A stretch of DNA of 43,247 bases from a virus (lineage: Duplodnaviria > Heunggongvirae > Uroviricota > Caudoviricetes). How positions within the stretch are numbered: position 1 is the first letter of the stretch; every line of letters begins with the position of its first letter. The stretch spans positions 1-43,247 of IMG/VR virus record IMGVR_UViG_2540341091_000003, one strand, 5' to 3'. The notes beneath the pieces were generated by a model. It was not told the DNA's origin. It was given only the letters and a program-made list of their open reading frames with translations, and did no database searches. Position numbers and translations under genes: made by a program. This document shows positions 8,620 through 16,810 of the stretch, piece after piece.

Positions 8620-9550
8620 ATTAACCGGCTATGTATGGGATGGTTGCGCTGCATCAGGCATGAAATTATCCAGCGTGGCAATTATGGCCCGCCTGGCTGA
8701 TTTCAGTAATGACGAAGGTGTGTGCTGGCCATCAATTGAAACCATTGCCCGCCAGATTGGCGCGGGGATGAGTACCGTCAGAACGGCTATCGCACGGCTG
8801 GAAGCAGAAGGCTGGTTAACGCGTAAGGCGCGTCGCCAGGGTAACCGCAATGCGTCGAATGTTTATCAGCTTAACGTTGCGAAGCTTCAGGCAGCGGCAT
8901 TTTCTCAACTGTCAGATTCTGACCCGTCAAAATCTGACGCATCAAAATCTGACCCGTCAAAATTTGATGCGTCGAAATCTGGCAAAAAAGCGGGTTTTCA
9001 CCCGTCAGAATCTGGCGGGGATCCGTCAGTAAAATCAAAACATGATCCGTCAGATAAAAAACCTTCTCGTCCGGATGCTTCGCAACCGGACACGCAGACG
9101 GCTGAACAGTATTTTTTAACTCGCCATCCTGATGCGGTTGTATTCAGCCCTAAAAAGCGCCAGTGGGGGACGCAGGATGATTTGACCTGCGCACAGTGGC
9201 TCTGGAAAAAAATCATCGCCCTGTACGAGCAGGCCGCCGAATGTGACGGCGAGGTGGTTCGTCCCAAAGAACCGAACTGGACAGCCTGGGCAAACGAAAT
9301 TCGCCTGATGTGTGTGCAGGATGGTCGTACTCACAAACAAATCTGCGAGATGTACAGCCGCGTCAGCCGCGATCCGTTCTGGTGCCGTAACGTGCTCAGC
9401 CCGTCGAAGCTGCGGGAAAAATGGGATGAGCTTTCCCTGCGCTTATCGCCGTCCATCAGCACATACACAGAAAAACGCGAAGACCCGTATTTCAAATCCA
9501 GTTACGACAACGTGGACTACAGCCAGATCCCGGCAGGATTCAGGGGGTGA
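8609..9550 (+). CDS. Replication initiation protein (lambda O-like, N-terminal winged-helix) carrying the origin iterons
   Basis: N-terminal ...WPSIETIARQIGAGMSTVRTAIARLEAEGWL... HTH; internal low-complexity linker SDSDPSKSDASKSDPSKFDASKSGKK is encoded by tandem DNA repeats, as in lambda O/ori. Confidence 0.75.
   Translation: MSTKLTGYVWDGCAASGMKLSSVAIMARLADFSNDEGVCWPSIETIARQIGAGMSTVRTAIARLEAEGWLTRKARRQGNRNASNVYQLNVAKLQAAAFSQLSDSDPSKSDASKSDPSKFDASKSGKKAGFHPSESGGDPSVKSKHDPSDKKPSRPDASQPDTQTAEQYFLTRHPDAVVFSPKKRQWGTQDDLTCAQWLWKKIIALYEQAAECDGEVVRPKEPNWTAWANEIRLMCVQDGRTHKQICEMYSRVSRDPFWCRNVLSPSKLREKWDELSLRLSPSISTYTEKREDPYFKSSYDNVDYSQIPAGFRG
8911..9070 (+). repeat. Iteron array (putative phage replication origin) inside the initiator gene
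   Basis: Direct repeats of ~15 bp (ATCTGACCCGTCAAAA at 8916-8933 and 8946-8963, then degenerate copies containing CCGTCAG) followed by an A-rich stretch. Confidence 0.6.
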
Positions 9551-10041
9551 GCATGAGTCTTTTGAATGAAGTTCAGAAATTCATTGAAGCCCATCCGGGC
9601 TGTACTTCCGGAGACATTGCGGATGCTTTTGCAGGTTACTCACGGCAGCGCGTTCTGCAGTCAGCAAGCAAGTTACGTCAGAGTGGGCGTGTGGCTCACC
9701 GTTGTGAAGGGGATACACGCAGACATTTCCCGCGCCTGACTGAGAGAGCGCAGGAGCCGGAACCACAACCAGTTCGTGAAACCAGACCTGTGCGCAATTT
9801 CTATGTCGGCACTAACGATCCACGGGTGATTTTGTGCCTGACCCGCCAGGCTGAAGAACTGGAGTCCAGGGGCCTATACCGTCGTGCTGCAACGGTGTGG
9901 ATGGCGGCATTCCGTGAAAGCCACTCCCAGCCAGAACGAAACAATTTTCTGGCGCGTCGTGAGCAGTGCTTACAGAAAAGCAGCAAGCGCGCTGCATCGG
10001 GTGAAGAGTGGTATCTGTCAGGGAATTACGTGGGGGCTTAA
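9547..10041 (+). CDS. PerC-family-like transcriptional regulator
   Basis: C-terminal half ...LTRQAEELESRGLYRRAATVWMAAFRESHSQPERNNFLARREQCLQ... resembles the PerC/Pch motif as I remember it; unverified. Confidence 0.45.
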   Translation: MSMSLLNEVQKFIEAHPGCTSGDIADAFAGYSRQRVLQSASKLRQSGRVAHRCEGDTRRHFPRLTERAQEPEPQPVRETRPVRNFYVGTNDPRVILCLTRQAEELESRGLYRRAATVWMAAFRESHSQPERNNFLARREQCLQKSSKRAASGEEWYLSGNYVGA

Positions 10042-10694
10042 TGAGTAATAAATATTGCCAGGCGCTGGTGGAACTGCGGAACAAACCAGCCCATGAACTG
10101 AAGGAAGTGGGCGATCAGTGGCGCACGCCGGACAACATTTTCTGGGGAATTAACACCCTGTTTGGCCCGTTTGTTCTGGATCTGTTCACTGACGGTGATA
10201 ACGCCAAATGTGCTGCGTATTACACGGCGGAAGACAACGCGCTGGCGCATGACTGGTCAGAACGTCTTGCGGAGCTAAAAGGTGCTGCCTTTGGTAATCC
10301 CCCATACAGCCGCGCCAGTCAGCATGAGGGGCAATACATCACCGGCATGCGTTACATCATGAAACATGCCAGTGCCATGCGTGATAAGGGCGGGCGCTAT
10401 GTTTTCCTGATCAAAGCTGCCACCAGCGAAGTGTGGTGGCCGGAAGATGCAGATCATATTGCTTTTATTCGCGGGCGTATTGGTTTTGAACTGCCTGCCT
10501 GGTTTATCCCGAAGGATGAGAAGCAGGTGCCGACAGGCGCTTTCTTCGCTGGTGCTATTGCTGTTTTCGACAAGACCTGGAAGGGACCGGCAATCAGCTA
10601 CATCGGGCGCGATGAACTTGAGGCATGTGGTGAGGCGTTTCTGGAGCAGGTTCGTCAGCAGGCGGAAAAACTGGTCAGGGAGATGGCGGCATGA
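10041..10694 (+). CDS. Phage N6-adenine DNA methyltransferase (Dam-like, orphan)
   Basis: ...AAFGNPPYSRA... (NPPY motif IV) in a ~217-aa protein; start ATG 10041 overlaps the upstream stop (TAATG). The track ORF begins at an upstream alternative start (10008). Confidence 0.8.
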   Translation: MSNKYCQALVELRNKPAHELKEVGDQWRTPDNIFWGINTLFGPFVLDLFTDGDNAKCAAYYTAEDNALAHDWSERLAELKGAAFGNPPYSRASQHEGQYITGMRYIMKHASAMRDKGGRYVFLIKAATSEVWWPEDADHIAFIRGRIGFELPAWFIPKDEKQVPTGAFFAGAIAVFDKTWKGPAISYIGRDELEACGEAFLEQVRQQAEKLVREMAA

Positions 10695-11017
10695 CGACGT
10701 TAACTCAATGCCAGCAGCAGGTGCTGGATATGCTGATTTCTTATCAGAAAGAACGTGGTTTCCCGCCAACCAATCAGGAGGTGGCAACCATGCTGGGATA
10801 CCGTTCGGTGAATGCAGCGGTGGAGCATCTTCGTGCGCTGGAGAAAAAAGGCGTCATCACGATAAAGCGTGGCGTGGCCCGGGGGATAACGCTTCATACC
10901 GCGGTGAAGGACGACGACAGCGAGGCGGTCGGGATTATCCGCTCACTGCTTGCCGGTGAGGAAAACGCCAGGCTGCGTGCAGCCCACTGGTTACATGAGA
11001 GGGGCCTGAAAGTATGA
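10691..11017 (+). CDS. Small DNA-binding protein with LexA-type N-terminal winged-helix
   Basis: ...LTQCQQQVLDMLISYQKERGFPPTNQEVATMLGYRSVNAAVEHLRALEKKGVI... resembles the LexA N-terminal DNA-binding domain; no peptidase domain. Confidence 0.5.
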   Translation: MTTLTQCQQQVLDMLISYQKERGFPPTNQEVATMLGYRSVNAAVEHLRALEKKGVITIKRGVARGITLHTAVKDDDSEAVGIIRSLLAGEENARLRAAHWLHERGLKV

Positions 11018-11403
11018 AGCTGATTCTGCCTTTTCCGCCCAGCGTGAACACGTACTGGCGACACCCCAACAAAGGGGCGTTTGCTGGTAAGAGCCTGATA
11101 AGCGCGGCGGGGCGAAAATTCCAGAGTGCGGCGTGCGCAGCAATAGTTGAGCAGTTACGTCGTCTGCCGAAACCAACGTCGGCACCTGCTTCAGTGGAGA
11201 TCGTGTTGTTTCCTCCGGATAACCGGATCCGCGATCTGGACAACTATAACAAGGCGCTGTTTGACGCCCTGACCCACGCGGGGGTGTGGGAAGACGACAG
11301 TCAGGTGAAAAGAATGCTGGTGGAGTGGGGACCGGTTATCCCGGAAGGGAAGGTCGAGATCACTATCAGTAAGTACGAGAAAACGGCGGGTGCAGCCGCC
11401 TGA
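11014..11403 (+). CDS. RusA-type Holliday junction resolvase
   Basis: MKLILPFPPSVNTYWRH... N-terminus and ...DLDNYNKALFDALTHAGVWEDDSQV... acidic catalytic region typical of RusA. Confidence 0.85.
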   Translation: MKLILPFPPSVNTYWRHPNKGAFAGKSLISAAGRKFQSAACAAIVEQLRRLPKPTSAPASVEIVLFPPDNRIRDLDNYNKALFDALTHAGVWEDDSQVKRMLVEWGPVIPEGKVEITISKYEKTAGAAA

Positions 11404-11422
11404 GCAAAAGGAGAAACGAAGT

Positions 11423-12232
11423 ATGAATAATCTGATGGTCATTGATGGTATTGAAGTTCGTCGTGATGCTTATGGGCGTTACAGCCTGAACGATCTGCAT
11501 CGCGCAGCAGTAGCATCTGGTGCAAATGCCAGAACCAAGGAGCCAGGAAAGTTTCTTTCCAGCCAACAAACTGTTGAACTTGTTCATGAATTGACCAACA
11601 CCCAGAATTTGGGTGTTGACCCGGTGAGTGTGATTCATGGGGGAAATGAACGGGGAACTTATGTCTGCAAGGAACTGGTGTATGCCTATGCAATGTGGAT
11701 CAGCCCGTCATTCCATCTGAAGGTGATCCGTACTTTCGATATGGTAACCAGCGCACCGGAAAAATTATCCGGGCAGGCTGCTGACAAGATGCAGGCTGGA
11801 GTGATTCTGCTGGACTTTATGCGCAGGGAGTTAAACCTGTCTAACTCTTCAGTGCTTGGGGCCTGTCAGAAACTCCAGGAGGCTGTTGGCTTACCGAATC
11901 TGGCACCGCGCTATGCCATTGATGCTCCTGCTGACGCGCCTGATGGCTCAAGCCGCCCCACGCTGTCACTGAGTGCATTGCTGAAGCAGTATGGTATCCG
12001 CCTGACAGCTAATCAGGCATATCACCAGATGGTGAAGCTGGGGATCGTCGAGCAGCGCGAACGATACAGCCGTACCGCGATTAACAACATCAAAAAATTC
12101 TGGTCACTGACAGCGAAAGGCTGCATGTTCGGCAAGAACATCACCAGTCCCGCAAATCCGCGCGAGACGCAGCCGCATTTCTTCGAATCCCGATTCCCTG
12201 AGCTGTTAAAGCTGCTCGATACCGTACATTGA
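11423..12232 (+). CDS. KilA-N domain protein (antirepressor-like)
   Basis: MNNLMVIDGIEVRRDAYGRYSLNDLHRAA... matches the KilA-N DNA-binding domain; start set at the ATG with AAGGAGA RBS (11408-11414). Confidence 0.7.
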   Translation: MNNLMVIDGIEVRRDAYGRYSLNDLHRAAVASGANARTKEPGKFLSSQQTVELVHELTNTQNLGVDPVSVIHGGNERGTYVCKELVYAYAMWISPSFHLKVIRTFDMVTSAPEKLSGQAADKMQAGVILLDFMRRELNLSNSSVLGACQKLQEAVGLPNLAPRYAIDAPADAPDGSSRPTLSLSALLKQYGIRLTANQAYHQMVKLGIVEQRERYSRTAINNIKKFWSLTAKGCMFGKNITSPANPRETQPHFFESRFPELLKLLDTVH

Positions 12233-12233
12233 G

Positions 12234-13229
12234 GTGACCGTGAGAGCACTACTGACCCCTGAAATTGCCCCGCGTATGGGGATCGTATTGTTCAGACCTG
12301 GTTCAGAGCTGATGCCCCTGTTTATGCAGGGGCGTGTCCTGCTGGAGCCTGAGCCGGAACGTTATTCATCTTTTGCCAGTGGTGCCGTTCCGGCGGCATC
12401 ACAACCGCTGGCGGATGATCCTGTCGTTCGGGCCGTGTTCCGCAATGAGGCAGTGATCCGTCGTGCTGGTGGCGTGGAATGTCTTGAAAGCTGGTTACTT
12501 CGTGAAAAAGGCTGCCAGTGGCCTCATTCCGACTGGCACAGCGAGAACATGACAACAATGCGACACGCGCCGGGCGCAATCCGTCTGTGCTGGCACTGCG
12601 ATAACCAGCTGCGCGATCAGTTCACGGAACGGCTGGAATCAATGGCAACGGATAACTGTGCCCGCTGGGTGTTGTCTGTTGTGCGTCGGGATCTCGGTTT
12701 TGATGACAGTCACGTTGTGACAATGCCGGAACTGTGCTGGTGGCTGATTCGTAATGACCTGGCGGATGCCTTACCGGAAAGTGCAGCCCGTAAGGCACTG
12801 AGATTACCGAAGCCTGTTGTGCCGTCTGTCACCCGGGAAAGTGACCTTGTGCCTTCGGTTCCTGCCACCAGCATCATCCAGGATAAGGCGAAAAAGGTGC
12901 TGGCGCTGAAAGTGGATCCGGAGTCGCCGGAGTCTTTTATGTTACGCCCAAAACGTCGCCGCTGGGTTAATGAAAAGTACACGCGCTGGGTTAAGACACA
13001 GCCGTGTGCATGTTGTGGAAAGCCCGCTGATGATCCCCACCACCTGATAGGTTACGGTCAGGGTGGAATGGGAACAAAAGCGCATGACCTTTTTGTGTTG
13101 CCTTTGTGCAGAAAGCATCACGACGAGCTGCATGCGGATACCGTGGTATTTGAAGAAAAGTATGGCTCTCAGTTGGAGCTGATATTTCGTTTTATCGATC
13201 GTGCGCTGGCAATTGGCGTGCTGGCCTGA
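12234..13229 (+). CDS. Phage protein with C-terminal Cys/His-rich (HNH/DUF968-like) domain
   Basis: ...CACCGKPADDPHHLIGYGQGGMGTKAHDLFVLPLCRKHHDELH... metal-binding motif; GTG start. Confidence 0.5.
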   Translation: MTVRALLTPEIAPRMGIVLFRPGSELMPLFMQGRVLLEPEPERYSSFASGAVPAASQPLADDPVVRAVFRNEAVIRRAGGVECLESWLLREKGCQWPHSDWHSENMTTMRHAPGAIRLCWHCDNQLRDQFTERLESMATDNCARWVLSVVRRDLGFDDSHVVTMPELCWWLIRNDLADALPESAARKALRLPKPVVPSVTRESDLVPSVPATSIIQDKAKKVLALKVDPESPESFMLRPKRRRWVNEKYTRWVKTQPCACCGKPADDPHHLIGYGQGGMGTKAHDLFVLPLCRKHHDELHADTVVFEEKYGSQLELIFRFIDRALAIGVLA

Positions 13230-13231
13230 TT

Positions 13232-13612
13232 TTGTGGAGAAAGTTGATGCGTGATATTCAAATGGTTCTGGATCGTTGGGGAGCATGGGCGGCGAGTGAT
13301 AGTTCAGGAGTAGACTATTCTCCTATAGCTGCTGGGTTTAAAGGGCTTCTTCCCTACACAAGCAAAACACGTCAGGCTTGTTCAGATAGTGATGCATTAA
13401 TTATTGAAGGTTGTCTTGCTCGTCTAAAGCAAAAAAAGCCAGATGAGCACTCGCTGCTTGTGGCACATTATTTATACAGAATATCCAAGCGTAAGATTGC
13501 AAAGGTGCGTGGAAAGGATGAAAAATTGGTACGCATAGAAATACAACTAGCCGAAGGATTTATTGATGGTTGCCTTTCAATGTTGGATGTTAACCTTGAA
13601 ATGGACGCTTAG
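13232..13612 (+). CDS. Late-gene antiterminator Q-like protein
   Basis: 126-aa protein at the end of the early-right operon, immediately upstream of the lysis/late region; family call by position and general resemblance only. Confidence 0.5.
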   Translation: MWRKLMRDIQMVLDRWGAWAASDSSGVDYSPIAAGFKGLLPYTSKTRQACSDSDALIIEGCLARLKQKKPDEHSLLVAHYLYRISKRKIAKVRGKDEKLVRIEIQLAEGFIDGCLSMLDVNLEMDA

Positions 13613-13647
13613 GGTTGCACAGGTTGGCCCCATATGAGGCCAACCTG

Positions 13648-14109
13648 TCACAAGTGGGGGAAGATTTTTCGTAACACTAACCAACACCTTCCGAAGGTAT
13701 ATAGCGAAATTATAAGGGAGGATAAGCCTAACAGTATGAATAGGAAATCAATAGGTTTGCCCGCAACAATAACATCATCTGGTAGAAACATCGCTATCAA
13801 TGGAAATATACATGCGACGATGAGAGTTAACCCTGTTGAAAGTAATCGATTTACCAGAGTTGGTAACACGTTGTTTTGCTTAAGGGCATTAATTGCTCCT
13901 TCCTTATCGCTGTTTGCACTACTAAATATAGATATTGCAGCCAGAACAAAACCAAACAGGATGCCTGATATAGTCGAGAGCACCCCCGCTGTTGTGAGTA
14001 CGTCAGCATGCTTCATCGGTTTAAACAGTTTTGTCGCTGCATAGGTCAACAGAATCCAGAGGACGCATTTCCAGAGAAAAGTGGCTAATTCTCTCATTGT
14101 GTCCTCCAT
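13648..14109 (-). CDS. Small integral membrane protein, four predicted TM helices (likely start at internal ATG 14095-14097 preceded by GGAGGA)
   Basis: Four hydrophobic segments (LWKCVLWILLTYAATKLF; VLTTAGVLSTISGILFGFVLAAISIF; LSTGLTLIVACIFPLIAMFL; IDFLFILLGLSSLIISLYTF); 9-bp gap to the upstream gene; AT-rich. Confidence 0.7.
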   Translation of the reverse strand: MEDTMRELATFLWKCVLWILLTYAATKLFKPMKHADVLTTAGVLSTISGILFGFVLAAISIFSSANSDKEGAINALKQNNVLPTLVNRLLSTGLTLIVACIFPLIAMFLPDDVIVAGKPIDFLFILLGLSSLIISLYTFGRCWLVLRKIFPHL

Positions 14110-14118
14110 GCTTGGTTA

Positions 14119-15060
14119 TTAGTCTCTGCTAGCGAGCTCATACTGTGCAAGATAGTTCGCGTTATCAATTTTAGCAGATATCATCGCCGTTCTGATATCA
14201 GAATCGGATGGATAACCGCTTTTGACAATGATTGTCTTTGTACTGACCAATACTTGGTCAAGTAGACTTTTGGGCGTTCTATTGGATGGCTCGGTTACAT
14301 CAATTTTTTTAATTTTTAGACCTCCAGAACCTTTTGGAAAAAGTTCAAGTAGTTCCTTAATAGCATCGGTGACAGAAGTTTTTAGATAGTTAAAACCTTG
14401 TTTTTTCGGGCGAATCCGACCTCGCATATTTAATCTTAGATGCGACCCGCCCATACCAACAACCATGTCAATAATTTCATTAGCTAAAGGGTTTTTAATC
14501 TTATAATTAGCTTTGTTAAAGTTTCTTGGAGCAGCAACTATAAGATCGAAACTACGTAGGATATTTCCGTCCTCAAGCAGTTCCTTCATGCTCTCTTGTT
14601 TCCAAATGGCTTCAAAAGTCACGCTTTTTAAATCAGTTTTGTTATACAAAATGAATGCCAGATCATTTACTTTGGGCCCTATATGGTTGAGGGTCATAGC
14701 TAATAAATCCGTTTCGTAGTAATAGATAAAATATGTTCTTTCAACTACAGAATCTTTATCATTTAAAGGAATTGTTCTCTCACTACCTGTAGCATCCTCG
14801 ATGAACGGTAGTAGGCATTCCCTTCTCCACGATACGTAACCAAAGTAACATTGCAGTGTGGTATCTTTTTGAAGAATAACTAACTTTAACCCTCGATTTG
14901 GGGTGTCTGTTGTGTAAGTTATTGGAAAAGTTACAGTATCTGCTGTGGTCATTTGCTCAAAGGCTAGTTTTGCAGCAGATGTGCCATCTTTTTTGCTTCC
15001 ATTACCAGTGAAAAAACCAACTCTCACTCGCCTAGTTTTATTCTTATTTTCTGTACTCAT
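14119..15060 (-). CDS. Hypothetical soluble protein, 313 aa, no recognisable family
   Basis: Long uninterrupted ORF on the strand opposite to all flanking phage genes; low GC; basic C-terminal half; no Walker A or nuclease motif found by eye. Confidence 0.75.
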   Translation of the reverse strand: MSTENKNKTRRVRVGFFTGNGSKKDGTSAAKLAFEQMTTADTVTFPITYTTDTPNRGLKLVILQKDTTLQCYFGYVSWRRECLLPFIEDATGSERTIPLNDKDSVVERTYFIYYYETDLLAMTLNHIGPKVNDLAFILYNKTDLKSVTFEAIWKQESMKELLEDGNILRSFDLIVAAPRNFNKANYKIKNPLANEIIDMVVGMGGSHLRLNMRGRIRPKKQGFNYLKTSVTDAIKELLELFPKGSGGLKIKKIDVTEPSNRTPKSLLDQVLVSTKTIIVKSGYPSDSDIRTAMISAKIDNANYLAQYELASRD

Positions 15061-15327
15061 TATCGATCCGAAATAATTTTAGCAACCGTGTGAAAAATAC
15101 AACAAAAAAAGAGGAAATCATTAGCGCGGTCCGCAAAAAACATTGTAATCTGTTAAGAGTGGTTACTTCGCCACACAACTTAAACCCGCCGCTGAGCGGT
15201 TTTTTTGTACCTGTAAACCTGGTGCAGTACAGTAAACACGCTGGTGGTCGTGAATACTGGCTTTTTATCTTGCTGGCTTTTTAGACAAGAGTTATTGGTA
15301 TGTCATGTTAACCAGAAGGGAAAAAAC

Positions 15328-15531
15328 ATGCTAAAACAGCAAGATATGACAGAAACCGCCGCCGCAGTCCTTCATTTCTTACCTGCTGACAAGTGGGTAA
15401 CGCCACGCATGATGACGAGAACTACCGGAGTAAGCGAAGCCCGGTGCCAGTTAATACTGACTCAGTTAGTTCTGGCGGGTCTGGCGAAGGATAACGGCGG
15501 GTACGGGAATAAATTCAGACGCTGCCAGTAA
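15328..15531 (+). CDS. Small putative DNA-binding protein (67 aa) upstream of the methyltransferase
   Basis: ORF with AAGGG RBS; MLKQQDMTETAAAVLHFLPADKWVTPRMMTRTTGVSEARCQLILTQLVLAGLAKDNGGYG resembles a winged-helix fold; the track ORF starts further upstream at 15244. Confidence 0.45.
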   Translation: MLKQQDMTETAAAVLHFLPADKWVTPRMMTRTTGVSEARCQLILTQLVLAGLAKDNGGYGNKFRRCQ

Positions 15532-15681
15532 TGGCGGTTTCCTGCTGTGAAAATGGGCGGCTGGTGGGTGTTGGTAGCACCTGCCAGCCATTCGCTCATG
15601 CCTACTGGTCACAAGCGAACCACGGCCCACTGCTTTAGCGCAAAAGCAGAGTGAGCCTACCAGAGTTACGCTTACTGATCC

Positions 15682-16734
15682 ATGAAAAATACTGTAAAAA
15701 TAAACAGTGTTGATTTAATCAACGCTGATTGCCTGCATTTTATTCAGTCCCTGCCTGATGATTCCATTGACCTGATTGTTACCGATCCGCCTTACTTCAA
15801 AGTGAAACCTAACGGTTGGGACAATCAGTGGAAAGGGGACGAAGATTACCTTAAGTGGCTGGACCACTGTCTGGCCCAGTTCTGGCGGGTGTTAAAACCT
15901 GCCGGAAGCCTTTACCTGTTCTGTGGGCATCGCCTGGCATCTGATATTGAGATCATGATGCGTGAACGTTTCAACGTGCTTAACCATATCATCTGGGCGA
16001 AGCCGTCCGGACGTTGGAATGGGTGTAATAAAGAAAGTCTGCGCGCATATTTTCCTGCCACAGAGCGCGTTCTGTTTGCTGAACATTACCAGGGGCCATA
16101 TCGCGGCAAAAGTGACGACTATGCGGCAAAAGAAAGGGAACTCAAACAGCACATAATGGCACCGCTGATATCGTATTTCAGGGATGCTCGTGCCGAACTG
16201 GGTATAACGGCAAAACAAATTGCCGAAGCCACAGGTAAGAAAAATATGGTTTCCCACTGGTTTGGTGCCAGTCAGTGGCAGTTGCCGAATGAGGCTGACT
16301 ATCGGAAGTTACAGGCACTGTTTTCCCGTATAGCGGCAGAGAAGTTTCAGGAACAACAACTGGAACAACCACACCACCAGCTGGTGGCATCTTATGATTC
16401 ACTGAATCGCAAATATTCTGAATTGCTGGATGAGTTTAAATCTCTCCGGCGCTATTTCTCCGTATCAGTCTCCGTGCCTTATACCGATGTCTGGACGCAT
16501 AAGCCCGTTCAGTTCTACCCGGGTAAACATCCGTGCGAGAAACCGGCGGATATGCTCCGGCAAATAATCAATGCCAGTAGTCGACCTGGTGATCTGGTTG
16601 CTGATTTCTTTATGGGATCCGGTTCCACAATAAAAGCAGCAATGGCGCTGGGGCGTCGGGCGTTAGGTGTTGAACTTGAGTCAGAGCGGTTTAATCAGAC
16701 GGTGAAAGAGGTAAGTGAACTGGTGGGGAAATAA
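15682..16734 (+). CDS. DNA methyltransferase, beta-class N6A/N4C (DPPY motif), orphan
   Basis: ...DLIVTDPPYFKV... (motif IV) near the N-terminus and ...DLVADFFMGSGSTIKAA... (SAM-binding motif I) near the C-terminus; no adjacent restriction endonuclease gene recognised. Confidence 0.85.
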   Translation: MKNTVKINSVDLINADCLHFIQSLPDDSIDLIVTDPPYFKVKPNGWDNQWKGDEDYLKWLDHCLAQFWRVLKPAGSLYLFCGHRLASDIEIMMRERFNVLNHIIWAKPSGRWNGCNKESLRAYFPATERVLFAEHYQGPYRGKSDDYAAKERELKQHIMAPLISYFRDARAELGITAKQIAEATGKKNMVSHWFGASQWQLPNEADYRKLQALFSRIAAEKFQEQQLEQPHHQLVASYDSLNRKYSELLDEFKSLRRYFSVSVSVPYTDVWTHKPVQFYPGKHPCEKPADMLRQIINASSRPGDLVADFFMGSGSTIKAAMALGRRALGVELESERFNQTVKEVSELVGK

Positions 16735-16810
16735 TTCTGGTGGCCACGTTGCGTGGCCTTTTTATTTCCAACACAGCACCCGCAAATATCGCGAGGTGAG
16801 AGATGACGAA

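Noticed and set aside
10275-10787. 170-aa minus-strand ORF antisense to the Dam-like methyltransferase
   Set aside because: Antisense to a motif-supported gene; GC-frame artefact.
13648-15060. Naming the two-gene module RexAB or Kiwa
   Set aside because: Only the architecture (soluble protein plus 4-TM protein) is similar; I see no sequence-level match that I can assert, and the gene order is opposite to Kiwa. Kept as unclassified.
14119-15060. Walker A / P-loop in the 313-aa protein (GFFTGNGSKKDG)
   Set aside because: Does not fit GxxxxGK[ST]; treated as coincidental.
15185-15215. Intrinsic terminator (tR'-like) AAACCCGCCGCTGAGCGGTTTTTTT on the plus strand
   Set aside because: A 7-T tract is present but the stem is only 4-5 bp; too weak to call without transcript data. 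It may still be a real weak terminator or the module-insertion boundary.
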